Source: Candidatus Altiarchaeota archaeon
Lineage (GTDB): Archaea > Altiarchaeota > Altiarchaeia > IMC4 > SCGC-AAA252-I15
Direction of reading: 5' to 3'
DNA: 55,978 nt
Assembly (NCBI GenBank): GCA_043800705.1
Contig: JAZDMS010000043.1
Location: 1-55,978 of the forward strand
The notes beneath the pieces were generated by a model. It saw only the letters and a list, made by a program, of their open reading frames with translations. It made no database searches and was not told where the DNA came from. The translations under genes were made by a program, and so were the position numbers. How positions within the stretch are numbered: the stretch's first letter is position 1; every line of letters begins with the position of its first letter. Shown here one piece after another: positions 26,795-36,943 of this stretch.

Positions 26795-26818
26795 GGTTGG
26801 TAATAGGCGAATACGGTT

Positions 26819-27763
26819 TTAAATGTCCAGGCTGAAGTTGCCGTAAGGCCCCGTTTCGTATCTGTCCAGGTGGGGCGAATATGTGAGCACGTCGACCCTT
26901 CGCTTAGCTGGGGTGAACTCCATTATCCTCAGGTAGCCGCCCCCTCCCATGGGCTCATCCTGGTAGTCCGCCAACAGCTGGTGGACTATCCTTCCGTCGG
27001 CCTTGTCTGACCTCATGGCTTCGGCGTGCTCGTGGCCGCACAGGACAAGGAACACGTTCTCGTTAGGGGCTATTAGGCTGTCCCAGATGTACTGGGTGTT
27101 CGGGCAGAATCTGACTCCCCTTCTGCCCTCGGGGCCTAAGAATCCGTGGGTGACGATGATGGCATTCCTATCCGGGTCGTCGGCAAGCACTATGTTAGCC
27201 CATGCGAGCGTCTCGTTGTCTGGGCAGAAGCCCAGGTGGACGATGATATACTCCTCTCCTGCCGCGGAGAACGTTTGATAGCTGTTTTCCTGCCTGAAGC
27301 CTCCGCCGAACCATTTTTCGCCGATGAACCTGCTTCGCGGAAAATACTCTCCTATAAGCGTCCCCCTGTCGTGGTTGCCTGGTGCGATACCGTACGGCAC
27401 GACCCCGTCCAGTAGGCTCATGCTGGCGTTGACGGCATCCCATTGGCTGCGCGAGGCCCCGGCGTCCACGACGTCGCCGGTGTGGGTCACGAAGGCGATG
27501 TTCAACCGTTGCGCGTTGTCCCTGATCCAGCGCGTCTGCGCAGCGAATATCTCCGGATGATCCCTCGAATAAAACTGCGTGTCAGGCAGGACGATGATGG
27601 AGAACGTGTCCTCCGAAGCATCCATCATGCGGGGTACGGCTGAGGCCTCGTTTGTGATGTCTGCCTTATCGGATGCTTGTTGGGGGCCCATGAGATATAC
27701 GGCACAGGCGAGTAAGACCAGTCCCGTCAGGAGGAACATAAGTCTTCGAGGCATAGGGTGCAC
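26819..27763 (-). CDS. secreted calcineurin-like metallophosphoesterase
   Basis: LPDTQ, HTGDVVD, GNHD, CGHEH motifs; N-terminal hydrophobic segment. Confidence 0.88.
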   Translation of the reverse strand: MHPMPRRLMFLLTGLVLLACAVYLMGPQQASDKADITNEASAVPRMMDASEDTFSIIVLPDTQFYSRDHPEIFAAQTRWIRDNAQRLNIAFVTHTGDVVDAGASRSQWDAVNASMSLLDGVVPYGIAPGNHDRGTLIGEYFPRSRFIGEKWFGGGFRQENSYQTFSAAGEEYIIVHLGFCPDNETLAWANIVLADDPDRNAIIVTHGFLGPEGRRGVRFCPNTQYIWDSLIAPNENVFLVLCGHEHAEAMRSDKADGRIVHQLLADYQDEPMGGGGYLRIMEFTPAKRRVDVLTYSPHLDRYETGPYGNFSLDI

Positions 27764-27766
27764 CCT

Positions 27767-28306
27767 TCACTGCCTTCTTCCCTTGACTATGTTGTATGCC
27801 ATCGCTATGAAGTTAAGGACTATGAAGAAGGCGTAGACCGGTATGAGGCCGTTCATGACGGTGTACGGCGGGAGCGGTTTGGCGTCGTTGGAGTACCACA
27901 TGAAGACGAAGAGGGCCATTATGAAGTAGTTGATGAGGCCTGTGAGTATGAGTATTATGCTGTTTGAGGCGACTTTGAGCCTCCTGAATATCTCCCTGTC
28001 CTGCTCGTCGAAGCTGAGCCTGATTATGTCCCTGTCGGTTTTCAGGTCTGGGGCGAGTTTCCTGTCCACGAGGACCTTCACGGGTATCAGCAGTAGGACG
28101 AGCTCGCCGAAGAAGATCGACATGCTGAAGGTCACGCACATGAGCACCATAGACAGCGTCAATTCGCCGAATCCGAACAATACGCCGTTGAGGACGAATC
28201 CGACAGTGAAGAAGTTTATGAACAGGATCGGGACAAGAATGACGGCCCTTTCGCTCTTTACGGTGTCCATCAGGACGCCGGAATAGCCTCGAGGGTTCAA
28301 CATCAT
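27767..28306 (-). CDS. hypothetical four-TM membrane protein
   Basis: Four hydrophobic segments; fits between neighbouring minus-strand genes. Confidence 0.7.
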   Translation of the reverse strand: MMLNPRGYSGVLMDTVKSERAVILVPILFINFFTVGFVLNGVLFGFGELTLSMVLMCVTFSMSIFFGELVLLLIPVKVLVDRKLAPDLKTDRDIIRLSFDEQDREIFRRLKVASNSIILILTGLINYFIMALFVFMWYSNDAKPLPPYTVMNGLIPVYAFFIVLNFIAMAYNIVKGRRQ

Positions 28307-28345
28307 TTAAGTATCGGTCCCCAAGTTAAAAAAACAGAAAAATGC

Positions 28346-29314
28346 CTAAAACCACTTGGAAAGCGACTGCTGGCTGTTGGCTTTATTTGCGGCCTGAAGC
28401 TCGTTGGAGGCCCTCTTGACCCTCTCCTCTGAGAAGCCGTGATCGATCGACAGAAGCCGGATGAGTCCGTCAGTATCGACGGAACCCCATTTCAGATCAT
28501 AATCGTCCGTGGTGGGGTGGTTGAGGAACACGTCCCTGACGGCCGCGAAATCGAAGTCGACTTCCATCCCGGATACAGTCCCATCCTTCACCGCTTTCAA
28601 GGCCTTTTTCGGCCCGATCCCGTGGACGCCCGGGTCGAAGTCGGTGCCGACGAGGATTGCAAGGTCTATGAGGCCTTCCCTGGAAATTTCAAGGTTTTTC
28701 AGGGCTTCATCGAGTTCGATTATTGTGAGCTCCATTTTCCCGCTCATTGTGAGGCCTCTGACGAGCCTTGGCGCGCCGAACAGCAGGCTGTCGTAGTCTT
28801 GGCTGCCTACCGCCCACGCATCCCCCTTCTGGACCATCCTTGTGCATTGGGCTTCTCCCTCGGAAGGGGCTTGGATGCTGGGTATCCCCATTAGGGCTAG
28901 GAGGAGTTTGCTGTCGTTCACCATATCCCCTGTCAGTCTGGAAGTCCTTTTAGCGAACTTCATCGCATCCCCAATCCTTCCCTCCTGTTTGGCTTTTTCC
29001 CACTCTGCCTGGGCCTCCCGCTTGCGTTCGCCCCTGGCCCTGAGGGTATGGAGCTTGAGGTCCGGGGGTTTGCCGTCGAAGACGTATATGGGCTTGATTC
29101 CGAGCCTGAGGAGGTTGGTGGTGCGGTATAGGAGCCCGGACAGGTGGGAGGTGACGTTTCCTTTGCTGTCTGTCAGGGGCGTCCCGTCAGGCTGCCTGAT
29201 GGATGCGAGAAACTGGTATATGGTATTCAACGCGTCCACTGCGATGGTCTTCCCTGCGAGGTCTGCGAATTCTATCTGCCTGCCTGGAACTATATCCTTC
29301 AGGTTGACTCCCAT
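28346..29314 (-). CDS. fen: flap endonuclease 1
   Basis: MGV, YQFLASIRQPDG, APSEGEAQ, SQDYDSLLFG, GTDF; PIP box QQSLSKWF. Confidence 0.97.
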   Translation of the reverse strand: MGVNLKDIVPGRQIEFADLAGKTIAVDALNTIYQFLASIRQPDGTPLTDSKGNVTSHLSGLLYRTTNLLRLGIKPIYVFDGKPPDLKLHTLRARGERKREAQAEWEKAKQEGRIGDAMKFAKRTSRLTGDMVNDSKLLLALMGIPSIQAPSEGEAQCTRMVQKGDAWAVGSQDYDSLLFGAPRLVRGLTMSGKMELTIIELDEALKNLEISREGLIDLAILVGTDFDPGVHGIGPKKALKAVKDGTVSGMEVDFDFAAVRDVFLNHPTTDDYDLKWGSVDTDGLIRLLSIDHGFSEERVKRASNELQAANKANSQQSLSKWF

Positions 29315-29323
29315 CCTCTCACC

Positions 29324-30211
29324 TCAGTTGTATCCATGGAAGGCCCTCACCCACTCCGGCGATATGACGTCCCTCAGGACTATCGAAGCGGTGTGGGCCG
29401 GATCGCCTGAGCCGGCAAGCACGATCTTCCCGCCATCGATTCGGATCGACGTCTCGTTGGCGTCCAAGAACATTATTGCCGGCGAAATATTGCCGCAGGC
29501 CGCGGACTCGTTCTGCCTCGTCCAATTCTGGACCATGTTGCTCAGGGGCTGCGGAGTGCATACGTCGCCGTCCTTGACGAATGGATAGATGAAGTACTCG
29601 TTTGCGTCGACCTCCGCCTGGTCGATCTGGCCGTCCCCGTTGGCGTCGGCTTTCTGTATCTGATAGTAGCTCAGGGCTCCGATTATCTCCGCGTATCCCC
29701 TCCCGGTGGCCTGGTCGATCCCCTTGTCCAATATCACGCTCATCACCGGCGCATCAGCGAGGTATCCTTCGACGTCCACAATCTGAGAACAGTTGACTCC
29801 ATCCCTCACGCATGCGAACACGTGGCAGGCCCTCAGCATGTCCTCCGGGGTGCGGCCCCTTATGGTGGCCTCCTTCGCCTTAAGGTAGATGCCGGTGTCG
29901 CCCTCCTCGATCCTTATCCTGTAGCCCGTCCGTTCGGGCATTGATATGGCGGAAAGCTCCAGTTTGCAGGTGAGCTCCGCGGGCGTGGCAGTCGTGTTGT
30001 ATAATGCGATCGATGTCATGTACTTCAGCTGGTCCGTCGGTATCTCCGAGACGATCTTGACCCCATAAACATAGCTCTGTTCCGAGGACTTCGGGACGAC
30101 GGCAGCCAATATGAATATGAGCGCCACCGCGGCGGCTGCGCTGAAGACGACCTTCCAGTAGGTGTCCATGCCCTTGTCGTCGTCTTTGTCCCGTTTTACC
30201 TGGCGGACCAT
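29324..30211 (-). CDS. membrane-anchored hypothetical protein with EF-hand-like loop
   Basis: N-terminal TM; DANGDGQID motif; Cys pairs. Confidence 0.7.
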   Translation of the reverse strand: MVRQVKRDKDDDKGMDTYWKVVFSAAAAVALIFILAAVVPKSSEQSYVYGVKIVSEIPTDQLKYMTSIALYNTTATPAELTCKLELSAISMPERTGYRIRIEEGDTGIYLKAKEATIRGRTPEDMLRACHVFACVRDGVNCSQIVDVEGYLADAPVMSVILDKGIDQATGRGYAEIIGALSYYQIQKADANGDGQIDQAEVDANEYFIYPFVKDGDVCTPQPLSNMVQNWTRQNESAACGNISPAIMFLDANETSIRIDGGKIVLAGSGDPAHTASIVLRDVISPEWVRAFHGYN

Positions 30212-30241
30212 GGGTAATAATATGCAGGGCCTATAAATAAT

Positions 30242-30796
30242 ATGCCCTTCTGTGGCCGAAAAACCGATGCTTTGAACAACCTTGCCGCGGCCGAGCGCCT
30301 CGGGGACATGGATGTGGAGCTTAAGCCCCTTCTTGACGCAATCAACTCCATGCCCGACTACTATACGACGTCAAGCTGCGCAGGCCGCGTAGTCCTAATG
30401 GAAGACCTCGGGTCTAAGAAGGACAGCCGATTCGTCGGCAAATGGCACAGTAAGGTCTCCTCAGACGAGGTCTTGGAGCTTCTTACGCCCAAAAAAGGGG
30501 TCGTCTGGTTCAGGTACGAGTCGCCGATACTGCACGTCATGGCCAGGACCATGGAAAAGGCCGAGGAATTCCTCCTACTCTGCCGCGAGTCGGGATTCAA
30601 GAGGGCGGGGATACAGTCCCTGAAGGAGGAGAGGATATTAATAGAGGTGCTGAGCACGGAACGAATCGATGCGCCTGTAATGGCTGGTGAGAAGCTTCTC
30701 GTTCCAGCGGAATATGTCCGCTACCTCGTCGAACAAGCAAACAAGAAACACGAAGCAGGAGCGAAAAAACTGGAGAAGCTGCTCAAGCGGCTGTAG
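30242..30796 (+). CDS. taw3: tRNA wyosine-pathway methyltransferase Taw3/TYW3
   Basis: YYTTSSCAGR, KWH, PILHV, SGFK. Confidence 0.92.
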   Translation: MPFCGRKTDALNNLAAAERLGDMDVELKPLLDAINSMPDYYTTSSCAGRVVLMEDLGSKKDSRFVGKWHSKVSSDEVLELLTPKKGVVWFRYESPILHVMARTMEKAEEFLLLCRESGFKRAGIQSLKEERILIEVLSTERIDAPVMAGEKLLVPAEYVRYLVEQANKKHEAGAKKLEKLLKRL

Positions 30797-31751
30797 TCCC
30801 CCCAACTGATTCGGCACGGTCTGCCAGCTTGGATTTTCTCTCTTGGCGTCTTCTCCTTTTTTCCCGGCTTATCAGCTCATGCGCGGTCGAGGCCAAAAGC
30901 CAAGACGTCATGCTGCTCGGTTCTTTGCTTGCATTGACGGTCGTCGGATTAGTCAGAATCTCCCGCATCACAGTCTCCCCCTCCGGGGTGTTCGGGTCGA
31001 GGCCCATATCCTCCATCATCTTCGAAGGGTCGATGCCGGATCGCTCCTTGAACTCATCTGCCGAGATGCCGTCCGAGGAAAGGGCGTTGAGGTCCCGTCC
31101 CCCATATGTTGAGCCATCTGGTTTAGGGCCTAATCCTCCGTCCTCTGTGTCATCCCCCCTCTCCCTGCTTCTTGCTGCAAACAGTCCGTCGAGAATCATG
31201 AAGCCAAGACCGAGCAATCTGATCCCGTCCTCCCCGGCGAGGACCTTCTTCGCGTATTCGTCCCTCAGGTTTTTATTGTTGAGGAGCGGCAATGCGGCCT
31301 TGAACATGTTGAATCCGGTCTTCTTGTCCATCTCCAAGTCTTCCAGAATCAGCTCGCCAAGTTCGTCCCTTTCTGCATCCGTCAGGTTCTCATTATTCCC
31401 CAACTCGATGACGCGCCTGTATTTTGGGTTGGCTATCAGCCTGAGGTCGTCGTGGAGCCTTTGTTTGACCTTATGGGCGTCATCGTCTTCCATCCCCTCC
31501 TTCTTATACTCGTCGCCTAGGAAACCCCCAACATAGGTTATAAAATGGCTTCTTCCGCCCCGGACGACGCCCTCCATGATCTGGCTCGACGAATCCCCTC
31601 TCTCTATTGCCTTGGCGGCGATATTATCCTGAAGGGCCTTAGGCATCCCGCCGATGCCCAAGATGCTCGTATCCGTCAGCTGAGCCGCTATCCGCATCCT
31701 CTGCGCTTCCACCTCGATAGGGGAAACCTCTACCGACCCTTTGGCTGCCAT
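30783..31751 (-). CDS. hypothetical helical protein (start uncertain)
   Basis: Long open frame divergent from rtcB; no motif recognised. Confidence 0.6.
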   Translation of the reverse strand: MAAKGSVEVSPIEVEAQRMRIAAQLTDTSILGIGGMPKALQDNIAAKAIERGDSSSQIMEGVVRGGRSHFITYVGGFLGDEYKKEGMEDDDAHKVKQRLHDDLRLIANPKYRRVIELGNNENLTDAERDELGELILEDLEMDKKTGFNMFKAALPLLNNKNLRDEYAKKVLAGEDGIRLLGLGFMILDGLFAARSRERGDDTEDGGLGPKPDGSTYGGRDLNALSSDGISADEFKERSGIDPSKMMEDMGLDPNTPEGETVMREILTNPTTVNASKEPSSMTSWLLASTAHELISREKRRRRQERKSKLADRAESVGGTTAA

Positions 31752-31809
31752 TATATCATTTACCTGGAAACATCCGGTTAAATAGCCGTCCTGCAATATC
31801 TCTTCTGCC

Positions 31810-33216
31810 ATGAATGCGACCAAGGTCCGCGACGGCGTGTGGGAGTTCCAGGAGGCGGGGATGAGGGTTCCGGCCAGGATAATCGCATCCGATAAGATGT
31901 ATCCCACCATCGAGGAGGGCGTCTTCAGGCAGATAAGCAACGTCGCAAAGCTCCCTGGCATCGTGGCCCCCGCCCTCGTCATGCCCGACGGCCACTTCGG
32001 CTACGGGTTCCCGATAGGCGGAGTCGCGGCCTTCGACATGGAGGAGGGGATCATAAGCCCCGGCGGAGTCGGCTACGACATAAATTGCGGCGTCCGGATG
32101 ATGACATCGAATCTCACCGCAGACGAGGTGCGGCCGAAGCTGAAGAAGATCGCAGACGACCTCTTCGACGAGGTCCCATCCGGCCTCGGCTCCGAAAGCA
32201 GGCTCAAATACGGGAACAAGGAACTGGAGGAAGTCTGCGTCTCAGGCGCGAAATGGGCTGTCGAGAAAGGCTTCGGAATCAAGGAGGACCTCCGGCACAT
32301 AGAGGAATACGGCGCCATCGAAGGGGCGGATCCCCGGGCGATAAGCGACCGGGCGAAGAAGAGGGGACGGCCGCAGCTTGGTACCCTGGGAAGCGGCAAC
32401 CATTTCCTGGAGGTGGGGAAGGTGGCGGAGATATTCGACCCCGATGCCGCCAGGAGGTTCGGCATAACCTCCGTCGGCCAGGTGACTGTCATGGTCCACT
32501 GCGGGAGCAGGGGTCTCGGCTACCAGGTCGCGGATGAATACATCGGAGTCATGCTGGATGCGGCCAGGAAATACGGGATCACCCTCCCCGACAGGGAGCT
32601 CGCATGCGCCCCGATATCCAGCAAAGAAGCCCAAGAGTATGTGAAGGCGATGTACTGCGCAGTCAACTACGCGTTCGCTAACCGGCAGTTCATAACCCAC
32701 TGGGTCAGGGAGGTGTTCGGGGGGCATTTCCCGGGCTCGAAGCTAGACCTCATGTACGACGTATGCCACAACATCGCCAAATTCGAGGACCACGGCGGAA
32801 AGACGCTCTGCGTCCACAGAAAAGGCGCGACGAGGGCGTTCGCGGCGGGCAGAAAGGAATTGCCCTCGGATTACCGCGAGCTCGGGCAGCCGGTCCTCGT
32901 GCCCGGAGACATGGGGACCTCTTCATATGTTCTGGTGGGTACGGACACAGCCATGACGGAATCGTTCGGCAGCGTATGCCACGGCGCAGGCAGAAAACAG
33001 TCCAGGAGCGCGGCAAAACACGGCATACGCGGAGAAGAAGTCCAAAGGCGCCTGGAGGCGAAAGGCGAGGTCATAAGGGCCGCAAGCTACGAAGTCCTCG
33101 CCGAGGAGCAGCCAGACGCATACAAGGACGTCGACGAAGTCGTCAGGAGCGTCGAATTGGCGGGCCTAGGCAGGCTCGTCGCGAAGGTGGTGCCGATGGG
33201 AGTCGTGAAAGGCTAG
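31810..33216 (+). CDS. rtcB: RNA-splicing ligase RtcB
   Basis: MPDGHFGYGFPIGG, GYDINCG, GSGNHFLE, HCGSRG, CHN, HRKGAT, CHGAGR. Confidence 0.98.
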   Translation: MNATKVRDGVWEFQEAGMRVPARIIASDKMYPTIEEGVFRQISNVAKLPGIVAPALVMPDGHFGYGFPIGGVAAFDMEEGIISPGGVGYDINCGVRMMTSNLTADEVRPKLKKIADDLFDEVPSGLGSESRLKYGNKELEEVCVSGAKWAVEKGFGIKEDLRHIEEYGAIEGADPRAISDRAKKRGRPQLGTLGSGNHFLEVGKVAEIFDPDAARRFGITSVGQVTVMVHCGSRGLGYQVADEYIGVMLDAARKYGITLPDRELACAPISSKEAQEYVKAMYCAVNYAFANRQFITHWVREVFGGHFPGSKLDLMYDVCHNIAKFEDHGGKTLCVHRKGATRAFAAGRKELPSDYRELGQPVLVPGDMGTSSYVLVGTDTAMTESFGSVCHGAGRKQSRSAAKHGIRGEEVQRRLEAKGEVIRAASYEVLAEEQPDAYKDVDEVVRSVELAGLGRLVAKVVPMGVVKG

Positions 33217-33848
33217 ATCTCTATGCTCTCCCCCTTCTTCAGGATGACAGCCTTGGCGGTCTTTTCGGAATTGACCCTGTTCCTGAACATGACCGCATCC
33301 TCCAATGTGCCTGCGACGTCGCCGTAGTGCATGGGAATGACTGTCTTCGGCTTGATTTTAGCCACTGCGTCCGCCGCCTCCCTCCAATCCATCGTATACG
33401 TTCCCCCGACCGGCAGGAGTGCCACGTCGATCTGTCCAAGATCTTTCATCTCAGGGATGTTGTCGGTGTCGCCGGCGTGGTAGACCCTCTTTCCCTCGGC
33501 TTCGACGACGTAGCCGAGGCATGAGTCCGCCTGATGGTTCGTCTTTTCCAGGTTATAGGATGCGACGGCCTCGATCCTCACAGCCCCCAAACTTACCGCA
33601 TCCCCAATACTCAGGCCGTGGGCGTCTGATTCTACCTTCTGCACGCACGAATTCGGGCAGATGACCGTTGTATCGTCCCTGGAGACTGCGGCTATGGAGG
33701 CGGGGTCGAGGTGGTCGTAGTGGCCGTGGGATATGAGGACGATGTCCGCATCATGGGAATCCCTGGCCTTATAGGGGTCGAAGTAGACGGCGAAGCCGCA
33801 ATCCAGCCGGAAGGCCGAATTACCGAACCATGTGAGTCTCATAATCAC
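33213..33848 (-). CDS. MBL-fold metallo-hydrolase
   Basis: SHGHYDH, YHAGDT, PMHY. Confidence 0.9.
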   Translation of the reverse strand: MIMRLTWFGNSAFRLDCGFAVYFDPYKARDSHDADIVLISHGHYDHLDPASIAAVSRDDTTVICPNSCVQKVESDAHGLSIGDAVSLGAVRIEAVASYNLEKTNHQADSCLGYVVEAEGKRVYHAGDTDNIPEMKDLGQIDVALLPVGGTYTMDWREAADAVAKIKPKTVIPMHYGDVAGTLEDAVMFRNRVNSEKTAKAVILKKGESIEI

Positions 33849-34303
33849 GCCCCCCTCCGTTTAATATATTTTATAAAAAATGAAGGAAGCATCCAATTCA
33901 CCGCATTGAAAGTGAAATAAAGAAACAAAAAAGCGGCGACGAGTATTCCTCCGTAAACATCCCTTAAAGTATAATTGAGAAAATCGACCCATAATATGGC
34001 AGTAAGCACTGACGGCAGGAAAAACGGTGTGAATGGGTTGTAAAATAAACATCTAGCAAAGCAGTTCGGGCAGAACATCCCGCTGCAAATAAACATGATT
34101 CCTTGCCCGACAAGGCCATATACTGCGCTAATCCAGATCCTCGCCTTCTCATTGGAAACTTCTGACACGGCATACCATATTATGGCACTTGCCGGGATGG
34201 AGAGAGCAAAGGTGAACAGGACAGGATCCTTGAATACACCCCCTCCCACTATTGCAAAAATGAATAAGATAGTCAACGCTATTGCGACATTACGCCTATT
34301 CAT
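33845..34303 (-). CDS. AT-rich hypothetical membrane protein
   Basis: Multiple hydrophobic segments; CxxxxCxxC; start overlaps the stop codon of the last duplicated unit. Confidence 0.65.
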   Translation of the reverse strand: MNRRNVAIALTILFIFAIVGGGVFKDPVLFTFALSIPASAIIWYAVSEVSNEKARIWISAVYGLVGQGIMFICSGMFCPNCFARCLFYNPFTPFFLPSVLTAILWVDFLNYTLRDVYGGILVAAFLFLYFTFNAVNWMLPSFFIKYIKRRGA

Positions 34304-34500
34304 CTCTCCTCTATGCTCTCCTTGGCATTCATGCCGAAGTCTCTCTCCCTTCGGTCGTCGATTTCGTCATGGATCATTTCTCCTCAATGCTCTCTTTCAC
34401 CTTCATGCCGGAATGCATGCTCCCTCCGGTCGCGCATTTCAGCATGAATCACTTCTCTTCTATGCTCTCTTTTACCTTCATGCCGAAATGTCTTCCGCCC
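34300..34500 (-). repeat. tandem ~75-bp duplications of the DHQ synthase II 3' end
   Basis: Units at 34300-34373 and 34374-34448 re-encode GM(K/N)(V/A)KESIEE(K/R)* like the true gene end at 34449. Confidence 0.85.
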
Positions 34501-35471
34501 TCTTCCACATATGCAAGCACTCTGTCCCCGGTCTTCAGTCTTGCTATGGATACGGGCTTACCGTCCTCCTTGACGAGGAGTATCGTCTCCGCGTTCTGCA
34601 GGAGCGTCTTTATGGACTTCCCATCATGCTCGGCTTCGACCAGTATCAGCGGCCTCTTCTCTATCTTGGAGCGGCCGACTATTACACGTCTTGTGTTTCC
34701 CTTCCAGTCGACTGCCAGAACTTCCTGGCCGGTCTTGAGTTCGCTGAGGTACTTGGTCTTGTTGTCCGGCAACCGGATGTAAGCGTGAACGGCCCCGGCG
34801 TTGACTCTGAAAGGCCTTGCCGCGACGTATTCGGTCTCGATGCTTTCGCTGTGGACAAGGAGCATCGCGCCGCCCTGGCTGCCGACGAGCATCCCCTCCC
34901 CGACGGAGAGCATGCTCGCGGTGTCGACGCATACGCGGTCGCCCATCCCGGCGGCTTTCATTGCCATGATCTTTACCGGCGTCAGCTTCAGCTTCTCTGA
35001 GAACATCGTCTCTATCATGTCCTTCACCCTCCTGATGGCCCTTATGTTGCGGACGAGGACGCCGTCGGCTCCGACCTCAAGGGTCTCCAAGGCGGTCTTC
35101 GCCTCCTTCTCATCAGAGACTTCAACTATTATCCTGCATTTGCCCTGCAGCGCCGCTATGAGGTTCTCAAGCGGTATGACCTTCCAGTCCTTCGCGTTGA
35201 CGATGACATACTGAGCCTTCAGCCCGAGCTTGACGATCTCCTGTTCGTCCGCCTTGCTCTTGATTTCCCTGTAGAATGCGCCCTTTTCGAGGACGAAGTC
35301 GGCCTCTGCGTCGGTGGAAGCTACCTTGATCCGCCCGAGGTTGCGGGCCTTCCCGGTCTCCCCACCCCCAACCAAAACGACGTCGGCACCAGACTCTAAA
35401 GCTGTCGTAACCGCCTTCTTGCGCTCGTCCCAGGGCTTTTCGCCGTCGGCCTTGACCCAAAGCTCTTTCAT
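34449..35471 (-). CDS. aroB': 3-dehydroquinate synthase II
   Basis: DWKVIPLENLIA, GDRVCVDT, RPFRVNAG, LQNAETI, GRHFG. Confidence 0.95.
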   Translation of the reverse strand: MKELWVKADGEKPWDERKKAVTTALESGADVVLVGGGETGKARNLGRIKVASTDAEADFVLEKGAFYREIKSKADEQEIVKLGLKAQYVIVNAKDWKVIPLENLIAALQGKCRIIVEVSDEKEAKTALETLEVGADGVLVRNIRAIRRVKDMIETMFSEKLKLTPVKIMAMKAAGMGDRVCVDTASMLSVGEGMLVGSQGGAMLLVHSESIETEYVAARPFRVNAGAVHAYIRLPDNKTKYLSELKTGQEVLAVDWKGNTRRVIVGRSKIEKRPLILVEAEHDGKSIKTLLQNAETILLVKEDGKPVSIARLKTGDRVLAYVEEGGRHFGMKVKESIEEK

Positions 35472-35525
35472 CGTTGGATATACTATGGGGCCAGACGATA
35501 TTATAAACCCCTCCAATAATATGTT

Positions 35526-36263
35526 ATGCGCGTCCTATTGGCTGTTTCGCTTATCCTATTGTTGTGTGGCTGCATCGGCGGAAAAAAACAGGCGGGAAGC
35601 GAAGACGCAATAGTCTGCCCCCCACCCTACCTCCGGGTAGGCAACGAGTGCTGTCTTGACCGCGACGGCAACGACGTCTGCGACAGGGACGAGACGACCA
35701 CGACCGAGCCTGCGCCAACCACGACTGAGGAGCCGACGACATCCACTGAAGCCCCCACTACGACCGCTCCTGCGACGACGCTCGCTCCGACAACGACCGT
35801 ATCGCCGTCTACGACAGCTCCTTCGACGACCTCGTCCACGACCCTATCGACTACTACTACCTCCACTCTCCCTCTCCCGTGCACCGACACAGACGGCGGC
35901 AAAGTGGTCGAATTGAAGGGGACGGTGACGAGAGGCGCTACGGTACTCACCGACCGCTGCGAGAGCTCAGCCTCGCTGCTCGAATACTACTGCCTCACCA
36001 ATAACCGGACGTCGTCCGAACTCGTCCAATGCCCGAAGGGCTGCTACCTGGGCTCGTGTGGCGGATGCTCAGACACCGACGGCGGAGACTACCCTGAAGT
36101 CTACGGGGAAGTGAGCGTCGGCAAGGAACTGACGAAGAGGGACCGCTGCCAGACCATAGGCGACGGGAAAACCCTACAGGAATACTACTGCCTGAACTCA
36201 ACAGACCTCGGCTCAAGGCAGGTATACTGCGATGCAGGCTGTTCTGACGGAAGATGTATATGA
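35526..36263 (+). CDS. lipoprotein-like surface protein with Thr-rich linker and CxDTDGG repeats
   Basis: LLCGC lipobox-like; CCLDRDGNDVCD; two CxDTDGG...EYYC modules. Confidence 0.8.
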   Translation: MRVLLAVSLILLLCGCIGGKKQAGSEDAIVCPPPYLRVGNECCLDRDGNDVCDRDETTTTEPAPTTTEEPTTSTEAPTTTAPATTLAPTTTVSPSTTAPSTTSSTTLSTTTTSTLPLPCTDTDGGKVVELKGTVTRGATVLTDRCESSASLLEYYCLTNNRTSSELVQCPKGCYLGSCGGCSDTDGGDYPEVYGEVSVGKELTKRDRCQTIGDGKTLQEYYCLNSTDLGSRQVYCDAGCSDGRCI

Positions 36264-36264
36264 G

Positions 36265-36903
36265 CTATTTCTCAGCGGCAATCCAATACCCCTGACGCAT
36301 TTGCTTAAGCTCCCTGGTGTATGGAGTCCTGTCATAATGACTTTCACCGAACTTACTAACTTTAATATCTCCCTCATTGAATCCGGCTAGAAAAAGGCAA
36401 CCCCTGACCAAATCAATCCTCTCCTCGACAACAGACAGCAGTATCTTCCTCTTGTTTTTAAGCTTAGCATAGGCGCCCCTTAGAGTCTCGGTCGTGTAAT
36501 CCCTAAGCGGCTTGCAGTCGGATAACATTATCCCTAACCTGTTATAAAAACCGATTGACATATCTGAGATAATAAGATCTACTGTTCCGTCCTCCAATCT
36601 GTCTAATCCTTCCTTGAAGTTGGCCCGAATCTGTCTCCAGTTTGTCGTCCTTGGAGTGCATTCGTTGAGGTCTATGCCAATGAACTCTGTTTTGGGATAC
36701 CAGTCGTACTTCATCGTTTTGCTTAAATTACGCAATGCGAGCATCTCGGTCCTTTCAGCCAAACATGTGCCGTCTTTGGTGTATCCGACATTGCCTAATA
36801 TGACCACATTTATGGGTCTCCTCAGTTTTCCAATCCCCACAACATTTTCTAAATTGTCATTTAAAACGCTATCCGGACCCGGCTTACACGCATTCCTATG
36901 CAT
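36265..36903 (-). CDS. putative class I SAM-dependent methyltransferase-like protein
   Basis: FIGIDL and TVDLIISD motifs; AT-rich. Confidence 0.5.
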   Translation of the reverse strand: MHRNACKPGPDSVLNDNLENVVGIGKLRRPINVVILGNVGYTKDGTCLAERTEMLALRNLSKTMKYDWYPKTEFIGIDLNECTPRTTNWRQIRANFKEGLDRLEDGTVDLIISDMSIGFYNRLGIMLSDCKPLRDYTTETLRGAYAKLKNKRKILLSVVEERIDLVRGCLFLAGFNEGDIKVSKFGESHYDRTPYTRELKQMRQGYWIAAEK

Positions 36904-36943
36904 AGGACCCCTATTATTAATGCAGCATCATCAATATATCCTG

